Source: a bacterium HR37
GTDB taxonomy: Bacteria > Desulfobacterota_D > UBA1144 > Nemesobacterales > CSP1-2
Direction of reading: 5' to 3'
Length of the DNA stretch: 64,000 nucleotides
Assembly: GCA_002898375.1 (NCBI GenBank)
Contig: BEIN01000009.1
Location: 8,935-72,934 of the forward strand
Within the stretch, counting starts at the first letter, position 1. Every line of letters begins with the position of its first letter. Under the pieces are notes generated by a model. It saw only the letters and a list, made by a program, of their open reading frames with translations, was not told the DNA's origin and searched no databases. This document shows positions 31,433 through 40,854 of the stretch, piece by piece. The translations under genes and the position numbers were made by a program.

Positions 31433-33139
31433 ATGCAGATAGCAAATGAAAAGTATAATAGAATTATCCTAGAAGAGAAAGCTCTTTTAGAGGCGCTTCT
31501 ATCCGAGCTAAGGTCTCTTTCGGACAGGGAACTTGAGGATAAGCTTCTTACGATAATAGAAGGCCTAGAGAATTTTTTCTCCGTCGTTTTTATAGGGGAG
31601 TTTAGTACGGGAAAGTCATCAATAATAAATGCTCTTTTGGGAAAAAAACTCCTTCCAGAGGGTATAACTCCAACTACAGATAAGGTAACCGTTATCAGGT
31701 ACGGTGAGGAAGCAAAGGAATGCGAAGAGGAAGGAAAGCATGTTATTTCAGTTCAAGACGACAGATTAAAGGGTTTTCTTATAGTAGATACTCCAGGAAC
31801 AAACGTGACACTTGAAGAGCATGAAAAGATTGTTAGAGAATTTATTCCAAGGGCCGATATAGTTTTTTTTGTAATAGGAGCGGAGAGAGCGGTAACCGAA
31901 AGTGAGGCAAGGCTTATAAGGTTTATAAGGGAAGAGTGGTTAAAGAACACGGTTTTTATACTAAATAAGATAGACATAGTTGAAGATAGGGATGAGCTTG
32001 AGAGGCTAATTGAGTACTCTAAAAGGGAGATTGAGCGTATATTTAAGATAAAACCTTTTCTCATTCCGGTTTCTGCCAGGCTTGCTATTCAGGCAAAGCT
32101 AACCGGTGATCATGAACTTTACCTTAGAAGTGGTATGGCAAAACTTGAGGAGTACATATTCAGTGCTCTAAATGAGGAAGAGCGTATAAGGGTAAAGATC
32201 AAAAGCTACTCCGAGCTTGCTTTAAACCTTTGTGTGGAGATAAAGAGGACTTTGGAATCCAGCTTAAATCAGATAATTGAGGATACAAAGCAACTCGATG
32301 AGTTTGAGAATAAACTCGAAGGTATAAAGGAAGAGATTCTAGAGAATTCAAAGCAGTTTACCGAGAGGATAAGAAGCAGGCTTTTAGAGTTTAAAACAAG
32401 AGGTATAGAGTTTATAGATGAGCTTATAAGATTTGAGAACACCTTCAAGTTAATAAGGAAAGAAAAGATTGCAAAGGAATTTGAATCCAAGGTATCTATT
32501 CAAACGATTAAGGAACTGGAAAAAGACCTAGAAGCCTTAATTAACTGGGCTGAGCGTTCAGAGCGGGCTTTAATGGAGAGTGCAATCGATTTTTATAACA
32601 GCTGCGTCCGCTCTACTCAGCTTAAAAGTGCTACAGGGTTCTCCTACAACAGGAGCCGTTTGATGGATACTGTAAGGCTAGAGCTTGAAGAGAAGAAAAA
32701 GCAGATTGATCCTCGTGTGCTTGGGGAGAAAATGGTTGACTCTGCAAGAGGGGCTATAGCGTCTGTATTGGGTTTGCAGGTTGGCTCCCTTGCGTTGGGG
32801 GCAGCAGTTGTATCTGCTTTTTCATCTGTTATAGTTGATATAACCGGCATTTTGACCACAATTGCTGTTATAGCTACGGCTTTTTCACTGTTACCAAGAA
32901 AAAGAAGGAATGCTATAAAGGAGTTTAGTACAAAGGTTGATGGGTTAATAGAAGAGCTTATCTCAAGTGTGCGCTCTCAGCTTGAGAGGGATTTAGATGG
33001 AATAAAGCTGGCAGTTTTAGATTCTCTGATACCTCTTAAGAATTTTTATAAGACCGAACAGAAAAAAATTATCGCGTCTAAGGAGAAGGTAAATAGGATA
33101 TACGGTGAGATATTGGCACTAAAGGAAAGTGTGCTTTAG
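31433..33139 (+). CDS. Bacterial dynamin-like GTPase (Fzo/FZL-like)
   Basis: GEFSTGKS, PTT, DTPG and NKID motifs; helical stalk; hydrophobic hairpin near the C-terminus. Confidence 0.88.
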   Translation: MQIANEKYNRIILEEKALLEALLSELRSLSDRELEDKLLTIIEGLENFFSVVFIGEFSTGKSSIINALLGKKLLPEGITPTTDKVTVIRYGEEAKECEEEGKHVISVQDDRLKGFLIVDTPGTNVTLEEHEKIVREFIPRADIVFFVIGAERAVTESEARLIRFIREEWLKNTVFILNKIDIVEDRDELERLIEYSKREIERIFKIKPFLIPVSARLAIQAKLTGDHELYLRSGMAKLEEYIFSALNEEERIRVKIKSYSELALNLCVEIKRTLESSLNQIIEDTKQLDEFENKLEGIKEEILENSKQFTERIRSRLLEFKTRGIEFIDELIRFENTFKLIRKEKIAKEFESKVSIQTIKELEKDLEALINWAERSERALMESAIDFYNSCVRSTQLKSATGFSYNRSRLMDTVRLELEEKKKQIDPRVLGEKMVDSARGAIASVLGLQVGSLALGAAVVSAFSSVIVDITGILTTIAVIATAFSLLPRKRRNAIKEFSTKVDGLIEELISSVRSQLERDLDGIKLAVLDSLIPLKNFYKTEQKKIIASKEKVNRIYGEILALKESVL

Positions 33140-34615
33140 CTAGCGAAAGAACTCCTGAAGAAATGCAAGAAAGGGTTCGGTCTGTATATCACCAGAGCCT
33201 ATCATACTGCTTAGGTCTTTGGATGATAGCCTGCTTCCTTCCTGCCATATCTGCTTGATAAAGTCTCCTGCTTTTTTCTCTCTCCACCATTCCTCATCGA
33301 ATCTCTCCCTTAGAAACGTTTTTAGCTGAGCCTCCATTATATAGGCTTTTAGTTCTGTAGCTGTACGGAAAAAAGGATCTGTATCGTTTAGGTACTCATC
33401 CTCACTATACTCGCAAAGCATGGTTTCTTTAAGTATCTGTTTATATAGATCAGGTTTGTCATTGTAAAAGCCATTATCCCTGTGAAGTAAGAGTTCATAG
33501 AGAAGCTTTCCCGAAAGGTACCGTATATCTGATATCAGCTTTAGGCATAGAAACTGCAGAAAATCGGTTCCCGATTTTAGTTGTAGATACCTCTTTAGCC
33601 ACTTGGGTTGAAAGAGGAGGTTTCTAAACAGATAGCCAAACACCTTTGCCGATGCTGAGTCTCCAAGCCTTCTAAATTCAAATGGATCCTCCGGTTCTTT
33701 GTATCGGTAGTAAAGAGCAATTCCAAGCGAGTGGAGAAAAGATTCATAGTCATAAACCCCTCCTATAGGATAACCCACAATAACTATCTTATTTGGTATC
33801 TCAACCGGTATGCAGAGAGCGTTGACTGTTTTGCTATTTCGTTTCTCAAGGTCTAGTAAAATACCCTTTCCGATCTCAAGCCCCATTTCTTTAAGAAATG
33901 CCTCTGCTAAGGGTTTTAGCTCTATTTGGGGGAAGTTCTCCCTTAACTCAAATGAGTTTAGAAGGTAGTGTAGATCATACGCCTTTAGCTCTGTAAGCTT
34001 TAGTGCCATCTTCTTTCTGAGAAACCACCTTAGCAGATCTCTATACACGTATTCGGTATCGTTAAGCAGTGTCCTTGCTTGTTTCTCCAGTTCATATAGG
34101 TTTAGCTCCTCGATCTCGGCACAGAGTTGGAGATAATCCGGGAATCCAAGTTCTCTTGAGGTTTCGTGTGCTGTTTCAAAAATCTGAATGAGAATCGGTG
34201 TTAGCTTGGTAAGAATGCTATTTCTTTTTGCATACATCTCTTCTCTTTTTGCTCTTATTGGCTCTTTCTTTATCTCCGCTGTTATTGCCCTGTAAGGGAT
34301 ATGTTTTTTGTCCAGTGTTATCTCCTCATCTGCTTCTATTCTTAAAATTTGATCCTTAAAACATGCAAACCTGCTTTCAACAGTAAAGCGAGCTAGAAAA
34401 TCTCTTATAAGCTTAAATCCTCTTTCTTTTTCGTTTGAGAGTTTTACCATCTCAAAAAAAAGGTCATAATCACCAAGTTCTCTATATGAGTTATAGATTT
34501 CTTTGAGTTTGCTCTCTTTTTTTAACCCACAGAGATGGTCTAAAAGCTCACCGTTTAAGGCCCTTAAAAAGGCCTCTCCTTTCTGGCGAATCTCATTTAG
34601 TGTGCCACTATCCAT
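33140..34615 (-). CDS. M3/zincin-fold peptidase homolog, probably inactive
   Basis: ELGFPDY, IPVEIP and FLHSLGIALY (degenerate HExxH); ERFDEEWW. Confidence 0.6.
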   Translation of the reverse strand: MDSGTLNEIRQKGEAFLRALNGELLDHLCGLKKESKLKEIYNSYRELGDYDLFFEMVKLSNEKERGFKLIRDFLARFTVESRFACFKDQILRIEADEEITLDKKHIPYRAITAEIKKEPIRAKREEMYAKRNSILTKLTPILIQIFETAHETSRELGFPDYLQLCAEIEELNLYELEKQARTLLNDTEYVYRDLLRWFLRKKMALKLTELKAYDLHYLLNSFELRENFPQIELKPLAEAFLKEMGLEIGKGILLDLEKRNSKTVNALCIPVEIPNKIVIVGYPIGGVYDYESFLHSLGIALYYRYKEPEDPFEFRRLGDSASAKVFGYLFRNLLFQPKWLKRYLQLKSGTDFLQFLCLKLISDIRYLSGKLLYELLLHRDNGFYNDKPDLYKQILKETMLCEYSEDEYLNDTDPFFRTATELKAYIMEAQLKTFLRERFDEEWWREKKAGDFIKQIWQEGSRLSSKDLSSMIGSGDIQTEPFLAFLQEFFR

Positions 34616-34664
34616 GGTAAATAATATACTTAAAACCTCTTAATCCTTTGAAGTGCTTTGGGTT

Positions 34665-35924
34665 CTAACCGGTCCCCGTTATGGAGAGATCTTTTAGTCC
34701 TTTTTTCTCCGGTGGTTTTATAAAGAAAGAAAGAAAAGCTGATACGTAGCAGAAGAATGCTGCAAGAAGAAACGGATAAAAGTATGCCCCGGTTAGGTCG
34801 TGTACGAATCCTGCAATAAATGGTCCTGCAATTGCTGCTATCGAATAGGATGTACCGAAAAATCCATATATTGTGCCAAGTGATCCAAGCCCAAAGAACC
34901 TTCCAAGGAGAGCCGGGAAGATGGGAACGGAACCGCTATAGAAAAAGCCAAATAGTATCCCGAATAGATAAAACGCCCATGTTTCATTTGTGGCAAGCAG
35001 CAGAAAAATTGAGCTTCCTTGAAATAGAAAACAGATAAAAAGAACCCTTTTGGGTTCTACAATCTCTGTAAGCAGTGCGGAAAGGGTTATCCTCCCAAAT
35101 ATGCTTCCAAGACCGATTGCAGCAGGAGCTCCGGAAGCTATTATAGGGGGAATCCCCAGGTCTATTGCAAAGTTAAAGAGGTGAATTACAACTATCAAGA
35201 AGGTCATGAAACCAAAGAAGTACATGGAGTACATTAGCCAGAAGGTAGGGGTTGCAATTGCTTCCATGGCTTTCCAGTCTTTGTCTTCTGTCGTTGTGTT
35301 ATGGAGAGGGTTATTTTTTTCGTTATCTAACCCGTAAGGCTTTAGGTTTTTATCCTCAGGGGAGGCTCTTAGAACGAGAGCAGATAACGTGGATACCAGT
35401 ATGATCCCTGCCAGTATGAATAGGGCTTTTCTTACCCCGAAAGAAGATATAAGCCAGGCTGAAAGTGGATTCGTAATAAGACCACTTAGTGGGATACCAG
35501 TTGTTATGATACCTATTACAAGTGTTCTTTTCTTTACAAACCATCTGCTTACCAGAGCAACACACGTTATATATAGAACACCGTCTCCAAGTCCAACAAG
35601 TAAGCCATAAGATATGTAGAGGTGCCATATATCTTTGGCAAGACCGGACAGAAAAACTCCAACCGAGACTATAACTCCTCCGGAGAAAACCACTACCCGC
35701 GGATCATATCTGTCTACAAGACGACCTCCCAGTGTCAGGGAAAAGGCAAGCACCAGGGATCTGAGTGAGAAGATTGAGGAACCTATAGCTCTTGATACCT
35801 CAAACTCCTTATTTAGGAAGGGAAGAAAGACTCCAAAAGAGTAAAGAAGAAGTCCATCAACAATAATCAGAATTAAAGAGGCTGCTACTATGTACCATCC
35901 GTAAAAGATCTTTTTTTTAAACAT
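34665..35924 (-). CDS. MFS transporter (MCT/OFA-like)
   Basis: FYGWYIV, GRLVDRYDPR and VSRWF motifs; about 12 TMs. Confidence 0.9.
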   Translation of the reverse strand: MFKKKIFYGWYIVAASLILIIVDGLLLYSFGVFLPFLNKEFEVSRAIGSSIFSLRSLVLAFSLTLGGRLVDRYDPRVVVFSGGVIVSVGVFLSGLAKDIWHLYISYGLLVGLGDGVLYITCVALVSRWFVKKRTLVIGIITTGIPLSGLITNPLSAWLISSFGVRKALFILAGIILVSTLSALVLRASPEDKNLKPYGLDNEKNNPLHNTTTEDKDWKAMEAIATPTFWLMYSMYFFGFMTFLIVVIHLFNFAIDLGIPPIIASGAPAAIGLGSIFGRITLSALLTEIVEPKRVLFICFLFQGSSIFLLLATNETWAFYLFGILFGFFYSGSVPIFPALLGRFFGLGSLGTIYGFFGTSYSIAAIAGPFIAGFVHDLTGAYFYPFLLAAFFCYVSAFLSFFIKPPEKKGLKDLSITGTG

Positions 35925-35978
35925 CTTAGGTGTTCTTTTTGAAGGGCTGTTATTCTCTGCTCTGGTGGAGATAGAAGC

Positions 35979-36527
35979 TTAACTCTCCTTCTCTATCTCT
36001 TTGAGTTTTTCCCTTGCTATTTTTGCCTCCTCTGATTCAGGGAACTTTTCCATTAAGGTTCTAAAAAAGAAAACAGCATCTTTATTTCTTCCGAGTTTTA
36101 TAAGTGATAACCCCTGTTTTAGATACGACTCGGGTACCCTTTTGTCATCTGGATACATATCTATAAACCTTTGAAAAGCTAAAATAGCTTTGCGAAACTC
36201 TCCATTGATGTAGTAAGCCTTTGCTTGAGAGTATAGCTCATCCGGGGATCTGGAATACCCTTTTTGTGAGTTTATGCTCTTTTCAAGTTCGTATAGCTTT
36301 TCCTTGATCTCTTTTAGATTCTGGTTAATCTGTTCCAGGTTTTGGTTTATCCGTGTAATGTCTTCTTGTGTTTCCTGATCCAGTTTTTGAATTTTTGAGT
36401 CTATCCTGTTTATCTCTGTCCTTAGTCTAGCCTGATCAGTATAGAGCTCCCTTATTTGCTGGTTGTAGTTACAACCTGTATATAGGGGTAGTAAGAGGAG
36501 TAGGGTTAATGCTATGGGTTGTTTCAT
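35979..36527 (-). CDS. CpoB/YbgF-like lipoprotein (coiled coil + TPR)
   Basis: Lipobox YTGC, a coiled coil, and TPR-like LYSQA...FQRFIDMYP...KFPESEEAKIA. Confidence 0.75.
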   Translation of the reverse strand: MKQPIALTLLLLLPLYTGCNYNQQIRELYTDQARLRTEINRIDSKIQKLDQETQEDITRINQNLEQINQNLKEIKEKLYELEKSINSQKGYSRSPDELYSQAKAYYINGEFRKAILAFQRFIDMYPDDKRVPESYLKQGLSLIKLGRNKDAVFFFRTLMEKFPESEEAKIAREKLKEIEKES

Positions 36528-36539
36528 GCTATTTCAGCT

Positions 36540-36884
36540 TTATTGTGAGTTTCTCTTCTCTTGAGCTTCCTTAGGCTGTTTTATTACCGTCCATTTCTGA
36601 AAGGGCTCAGGTTCAGCTTTCATCGGCATACCAAGTATCTTTAGTGAGGACACTTTTCCATCTGTTATGTTTACCTCCACTCTATATCCTGTCATTACAC
36701 TTGCAAGTTTATCCGGTGAAGCCTGCAGTTCGTACTCCATTTGTGTTCTATCCTCTTTTATCTTTACCACCCTGTCTCCAACCAGGGTAACTTCACCTAT
36801 TATGGTTTGGTTTGCACTGGCTTCTACTATGCTAATGAAAAGGAGAGCATATACAGTTATTGCGAGCGTAACATATCTTCTCAT
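36540..36884 (-). CDS. Exported small beta-rich (OB-fold-like) hypothetical protein
   Basis: Signal peptide ending ASA; SD GGAGGT; sigma54 promoter upstream. Confidence 0.75.
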   Translation of the reverse strand: MRRYVTLAITVYALLFISIVEASANQTIIGEVTLVGDRVVKIKEDRTQMEYELQASPDKLASVMTGYRVEVNITDGKVSSLKILGMPMKAEPEPFQKWTVIKQPKEAQEKRNSQ

Positions 36885-36911
36885 GTTTGCACCTCCCTTC
36901 TTGATGTTTTA

Positions 36912-36927
36912 TGCAATATACATACCA
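36912..36927 (-). promoter_or_regulatory. Sigma54 (-24/-12) promoter
   Basis: Minus strand TGGTATGTATATTGCA = GG-N10-GC, correctly placed upstream of SD and ATG 36884. Confidence 0.7.
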
Positions 36928-36941
36928 GCTTATTTTTTAAA

Positions 36942-36994
36942 TGTAAAAACAATGTCTGTGTAAAAACACACTGTGGAAACTGTGTAAAATTATA
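36942..36994. promoter_or_regulatory. Putative enhancer (UAS) repeats
   Basis: TGTAAAA occurs at 36942, 36959 and 36983; TGTG-N6-CACA dyad at 36957-36970. Confidence 0.5.
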
Positions 36995-37081
36995 AAAGAG
37001 ATTAAAACCGCATTCATTAATTTAATTAAAAAAAAGGCAAAGTAAAGAAGGAGGTTGGAGTTTTTTACTGTTTCCTTAAGG

Positions 37082-37097
37082 TGGCATGGAGATTGCA
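37082..37097 (+). promoter_or_regulatory. Sigma54 (-24/-12) promoter
   Basis: TGGCATGGAGATTGCA = GG-N10-GC, upstream of the histidine kinase. Confidence 0.78.
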
Positions 37098-37135
37098 ATT
37101 AACAGGGAAAACACTTATTTGGCCTCATCCTTTAT

Positions 37136-38506
37136 ATGTTTGATTGTAAAAAAACTGGTAAAATTTTAAAGGATTTAAATGGTTATTTTGCGGAGGTTTT
37201 TCGCAAATTGAGATTGAGCAGACAGATCACTCTTGGCTATGTAATTATGTTTTTTCTGATGGTATGTATAAGTGGTTTTTCAATATACAGCATTTACAAA
37301 CTCGATAAGGCAGCTTCCAATATAGAAGGACGCTACAATACCCTCTCAAGTCTCATTTCAAAAAGGGATAGCAACGCTCAGGAGTACTTCAGTAACGAGA
37401 TGCTTACAGATGCAATAAGGATTGCAAAGGAGCAGGTAAAGTACTCTTATGTTAGTGTTATTACTGTGGTATTTGCCGTTCTTATGTTCGGTGGGATAAT
37501 TACCCTTACAGTTCCGAGGTTGATAAGCAGGCCAATACTTCACCTTGTAGATGTTTCAAAAAGGGTTGCTGCTGGTGATTTCTCACGCAGGGTGGAGAGC
37601 ATAAAGGGAAGCAGCGAAATAACGGAGCTTGTTAGAGCCTTCAATAATATGCTTGAAAGCATTGAGTATCACGAAAAGGAGCTTGAGAGAAAAAACAGGG
37701 AGAATCTTAGACTTCTTGAGGAGACAAGAAGATTCAATGAGGTACTTGAAGCAAGGATTGAAGAGGCAACTAGAGAGATAAAGGAGAAGCAGGAGGAACT
37801 TATAAAATCTGCAAGGCTTGCTACTATAGGGGAGCTTGCAACAGGGATTGCACATGAGATTAGAAACCCATTGGCTGGTATAGCCATAGCACTTGAGCTA
37901 ATGAGAAATGAGATTGACAGTGAGGAGCACAAACAGACCATAGCTGATATCCTAAAGGAGATAGGAAGGCTTGAGAGGATCGTTAAGGAGCTCTTACAGT
38001 TAGGTCAACCAAGAAGTCTTAATCTGATAGAGTGCAGTCCTAATGAGATAGTGGAGAGAGCCTTAAGCCTTGTAAGTATGAAGGCAAAGGAAAAGGGTAT
38101 AGTTATTGAAAAGGAGTTGCTCTCAGACGGGCTCTTCTACGTGGACCCTGAGCAGATAGAACAGGTCCTTATAAATCTTTTGATAAATGGGATCGAGGCT
38201 ATAAATGGTTTTCCCGGAAAGATTACCGTCAGAACGGAAGACTCTGGGGAGTTTATATGTATAAGCGTTATAGACAATGGGTGTGGTTTTTCTGAAGAGG
38301 AGAGAGATAAGATATTCCAGCCATTTTATTCAACCAAGGAAGGTGGTACAGGACTTGGTCTCTCTATATCGAATCGCATTGTTGAGTTGCATGGGGGAAG
38401 AATAGAGGTCTCAGGTAGTAAGGGGAAGGGTTCGGTGTTTAGGGTTTTTTTGCCAAAAAACCTTGCAGCTGAAGAAGATAGAGTGAAAGAAGCCAGGGTC
38501 CTGTGA
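37136..38506 (+). CDS. HAMP-domain sensor histidine kinase (NtrB/AtoS-like)
   Basis: Two TMs, a HAMP domain, AHEIRNPL, N box, DNGCG and GTGLGL. Confidence 0.93.
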   Translation: MFDCKKTGKILKDLNGYFAEVFRKLRLSRQITLGYVIMFFLMVCISGFSIYSIYKLDKAASNIEGRYNTLSSLISKRDSNAQEYFSNEMLTDAIRIAKEQVKYSYVSVITVVFAVLMFGGIITLTVPRLISRPILHLVDVSKRVAAGDFSRRVESIKGSSEITELVRAFNNMLESIEYHEKELERKNRENLRLLEETRRFNEVLEARIEEATREIKEKQEELIKSARLATIGELATGIAHEIRNPLAGIAIALELMRNEIDSEEHKQTIADILKEIGRLERIVKELLQLGQPRSLNLIECSPNEIVERALSLVSMKAKEKGIVIEKELLSDGLFYVDPEQIEQVLINLLINGIEAINGFPGKITVRTEDSGEFICISVIDNGCGFSEEERDKIFQPFYSTKEGGTGLGLSISNRIVELHGGRIEVSGSKGKGSVFRVFLPKNLAAEEDRVKEARVL

Positions 38507-39888
38507 TGATGGGTGTTCTTATACTTGTGATCGATGATGAAAGGCTACTTTGCAGGCAATTGGAAAAGGCTCTAAGTCAGGAGGGGTATAATGTGGTCTC
38601 TGCATTTTCCGCACAGGAGGGAATTGAGGTTGCTATCAAGGAGAATCCTGCTGTTGTTCTGCTTGACTTGAGACTGCCAGATGGTGATGGACTTGATGTT
38701 CTTCAAAGCCTTAACACGGTGCTTGAACCACGTCCTGCTATAATCATTATGACAGCTCACGGTAGCATAGAAACTGCGGTATCTGCTATAAAGATGGGAG
38801 CTTATGATTTTATCGAAAAGCCTTTTCACTTGGATAAGCTAAAGGTGGTCATAAGAAATGCGCTAAGTGCTATGGAGCTTCAAAAGGACCTAAATACTGT
38901 AACCAGAAGAGAGCAGCAGAAGTATGGGTTTGATGCACTTATCGGTGAAAGTAAGGCAATGAGGGAGATTATAGAGTTGTTTAAGAAGCTTGTAGAGGCT
39001 GATCCAAAGACCATTCTTATTACGGGAGAGAGTGGAACTGGAAAGGGGCTTGCTGCAAAGATCCTGCATTTTAACGGTGTAAGGGCGGGAAAGCCGTTTA
39101 TAGAGATTAACTGTGCAGCCATACCCGAGACACTTCTTGAAAGTGAGCTTTTTGGCTATGAGGCGGGTGCTTTTACCGATGCAAAGAAGATGAAAAAGGG
39201 TTTATTTGAGCTTGCAAATGGTGGAACTCTCTTTCTAGATGAGATTGGGGATATGAGTCTTTCTCTTCAGGCAAAGCTTGTAAAGGTAATAGAGGAGAGA
39301 ACATTTAGAAGGATAGGGGGAACAAGGGATATAAGTGTTGATGTAAGGGTGATTGCTGCAACCAACCGTGATATAAAGGAGCTTGTTAACAAGAAGCTTT
39401 TCCGGGTGGATCTCTATCACAGGTTAAATGTAATTAGCTTTGAGATGCCTCCTCTTAGGGAAAGGAAAGAAGATATACCTTTGCTTACCGAGTATTTTGT
39501 CAATCATTTTAACAACGAGCTTCACAGGAGGATAACGGTTATTCCGGATGAGGTAAAAGAGGCGTTTCTTAACTATCACTGGCCTGGGAATGTACGTGAG
39601 CTCAGAAGCACGATTGAGAGAGCAGTGCTTCTGAGTGAGGGTGAGAGACTAAATCCCAAGTATATTCGTCTGGAAGAATCTGACAGGGAAATAAGACTTG
39701 AGAGGTCTGAATCTGACCTGATTTTAAAAATCCCTCTTGGAGAGGTTTCGCTTAACGAAATAGAAGAGAGGGTTATAAAGGAGGCTCTCAACCTAAACAA
39801 CTGGAACCAAACAAGAACAGCAGAGATGCTCGGGGTAACAAGGGAGGTTCTAAGATACAGAATGAAAAAGATGGGCTTGCTGGATTAA
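38503..39888 (+). CDS. Sigma54-dependent response regulator (NtrC/AtoC family)
   Basis: REC domain (IDD, LLD, KP), GESGTGK, GAFTDA, FLDEIG, WPGNVREL and a Fis-type HTH. Confidence 0.95.
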   Translation: MMMGVLILVIDDERLLCRQLEKALSQEGYNVVSAFSAQEGIEVAIKENPAVVLLDLRLPDGDGLDVLQSLNTVLEPRPAIIIMTAHGSIETAVSAIKMGAYDFIEKPFHLDKLKVVIRNALSAMELQKDLNTVTRREQQKYGFDALIGESKAMREIIELFKKLVEADPKTILITGESGTGKGLAAKILHFNGVRAGKPFIEINCAAIPETLLESELFGYEAGAFTDAKKMKKGLFELANGGTLFLDEIGDMSLSLQAKLVKVIEERTFRRIGGTRDISVDVRVIAATNRDIKELVNKKLFRVDLYHRLNVISFEMPPLRERKEDIPLLTEYFVNHFNNELHRRITVIPDEVKEAFLNYHWPGNVRELRSTIERAVLLSEGERLNPKYIRLEESDREIRLERSESDLILKIPLGEVSLNEIEERVIKEALNLNNWNQTRTAEMLGVTREVLRYRMKKMGLLD

Positions 39889-39912
39889 TGGAACAGGTCT
39901 TTAGCCTTGGTC

Positions 39913-40518
39913 TTACAATTGCTTTCTGTCTTTTATCGCCTTTCCAAGGGTTACCTCATCCATGTACTCAATATCGCCGCCTACCGGTATACCGTGAGCT
40001 ATACGGGTTACTTTTACACCCAGTGGCTTTATAATCTTTGCCAGATAAAGTGCTGTGGCTTCACCTTCTACAGAAGGATTTGTTGCTATTATGACCTCTT
40101 TAACGTTTTCTGTTTTGAGCCTATGGATAAGTTCTTTTATCTTAAGTTCCTCTGGACCTATTCCTTCTATAGGAGAGATAACCCCGTGAAGTACATGATA
40201 GGTTCCCCTAAACTCTCCACTCCTTTCTATTGCTATTAGGTCAAGAGGTTCCTCTACAACACATATGATGGTTTTGTCCCTTCCTGTATCTTTACAAATT
40301 TCACACAGGTTTTCCGATGCAAAACTGTAACAGGTCTGGCAGAAAGTAACCCTTTTTTTTGTGTCAACGATGGCTTTTGAAAGAGACTCTGAAAAACCAG
40401 CTGGTGCTCTCAGTATATAAAAGGCAAGTCTGGTTGCATTTTTCTCTCCTATCCCCGGAAGCTTTGAAAGGGTCTCAATTAGCCGTGATATTGGCTCAGG
40501 TAAACCAGTTTGTCTCAT
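39913..40518 (-). CDS. recR: Recombination protein RecR
   Basis: LPGIGEK, C4 zinc finger and ATNPSVEGEATA motifs. Confidence 0.97.
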   Translation of the reverse strand: MRQTGLPEPISRLIETLSKLPGIGEKNATRLAFYILRAPAGFSESLSKAIVDTKKRVTFCQTCYSFASENLCEICKDTGRDKTIICVVEEPLDLIAIERSGEFRGTYHVLHGVISPIEGIGPEELKIKELIHRLKTENVKEVIIATNPSVEGEATALYLAKIIKPLGVKVTRIAHGIPVGGDIEYMDEVTLGKAIKDRKQL

Positions 40519-40527
40519 CTTTCCATA

Positions 40528-40851
40528 CTATATGAGTCCAGGGGGAAGGCCAAAACCTGAAGCTACCTTGGCTATCTCCTCCTTCATGACCTCTCTTCCC
40601 CTGTTTAGAGCTTCATTTACCGCAGCTGTGATTAAATCCTGAAGCATCTCTATATCGCCCTCTTTTATTATTTCCGGTTCTATCTTAATGGATACTATCT
40701 CGCCTTTGGCTTTTGCAACCGCAACTACCATTCCTCCTCCTGCTGAGGCTTCAACGATCTTCTCTCCTGCTTCAGCCTGTAGTTTCTCAAGTTGTTCTTT
40801 TACCTTCTCGGCCTGCTTTAACATATTTTGAATGTTTCCACCAAACTTCAT
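40528..40851 (-). CDS. ybaB: YbaB/EbfC nucleoid-associated protein
   Basis: AGGGMV and DIEMLQDLITAAVNEA motifs; lies between dnaX and recR. Confidence 0.93.
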   Translation of the reverse strand: MKFGGNIQNMLKQAEKVKEQLEKLQAEAGEKIVEASAGGGMVVAVAKAKGEIVSIKIEPEIIKEGDIEMLQDLITAAVNEALNRGREVMKEEIAKVASGFGLPPGLI

Positions 40852-40854
40852 TCC

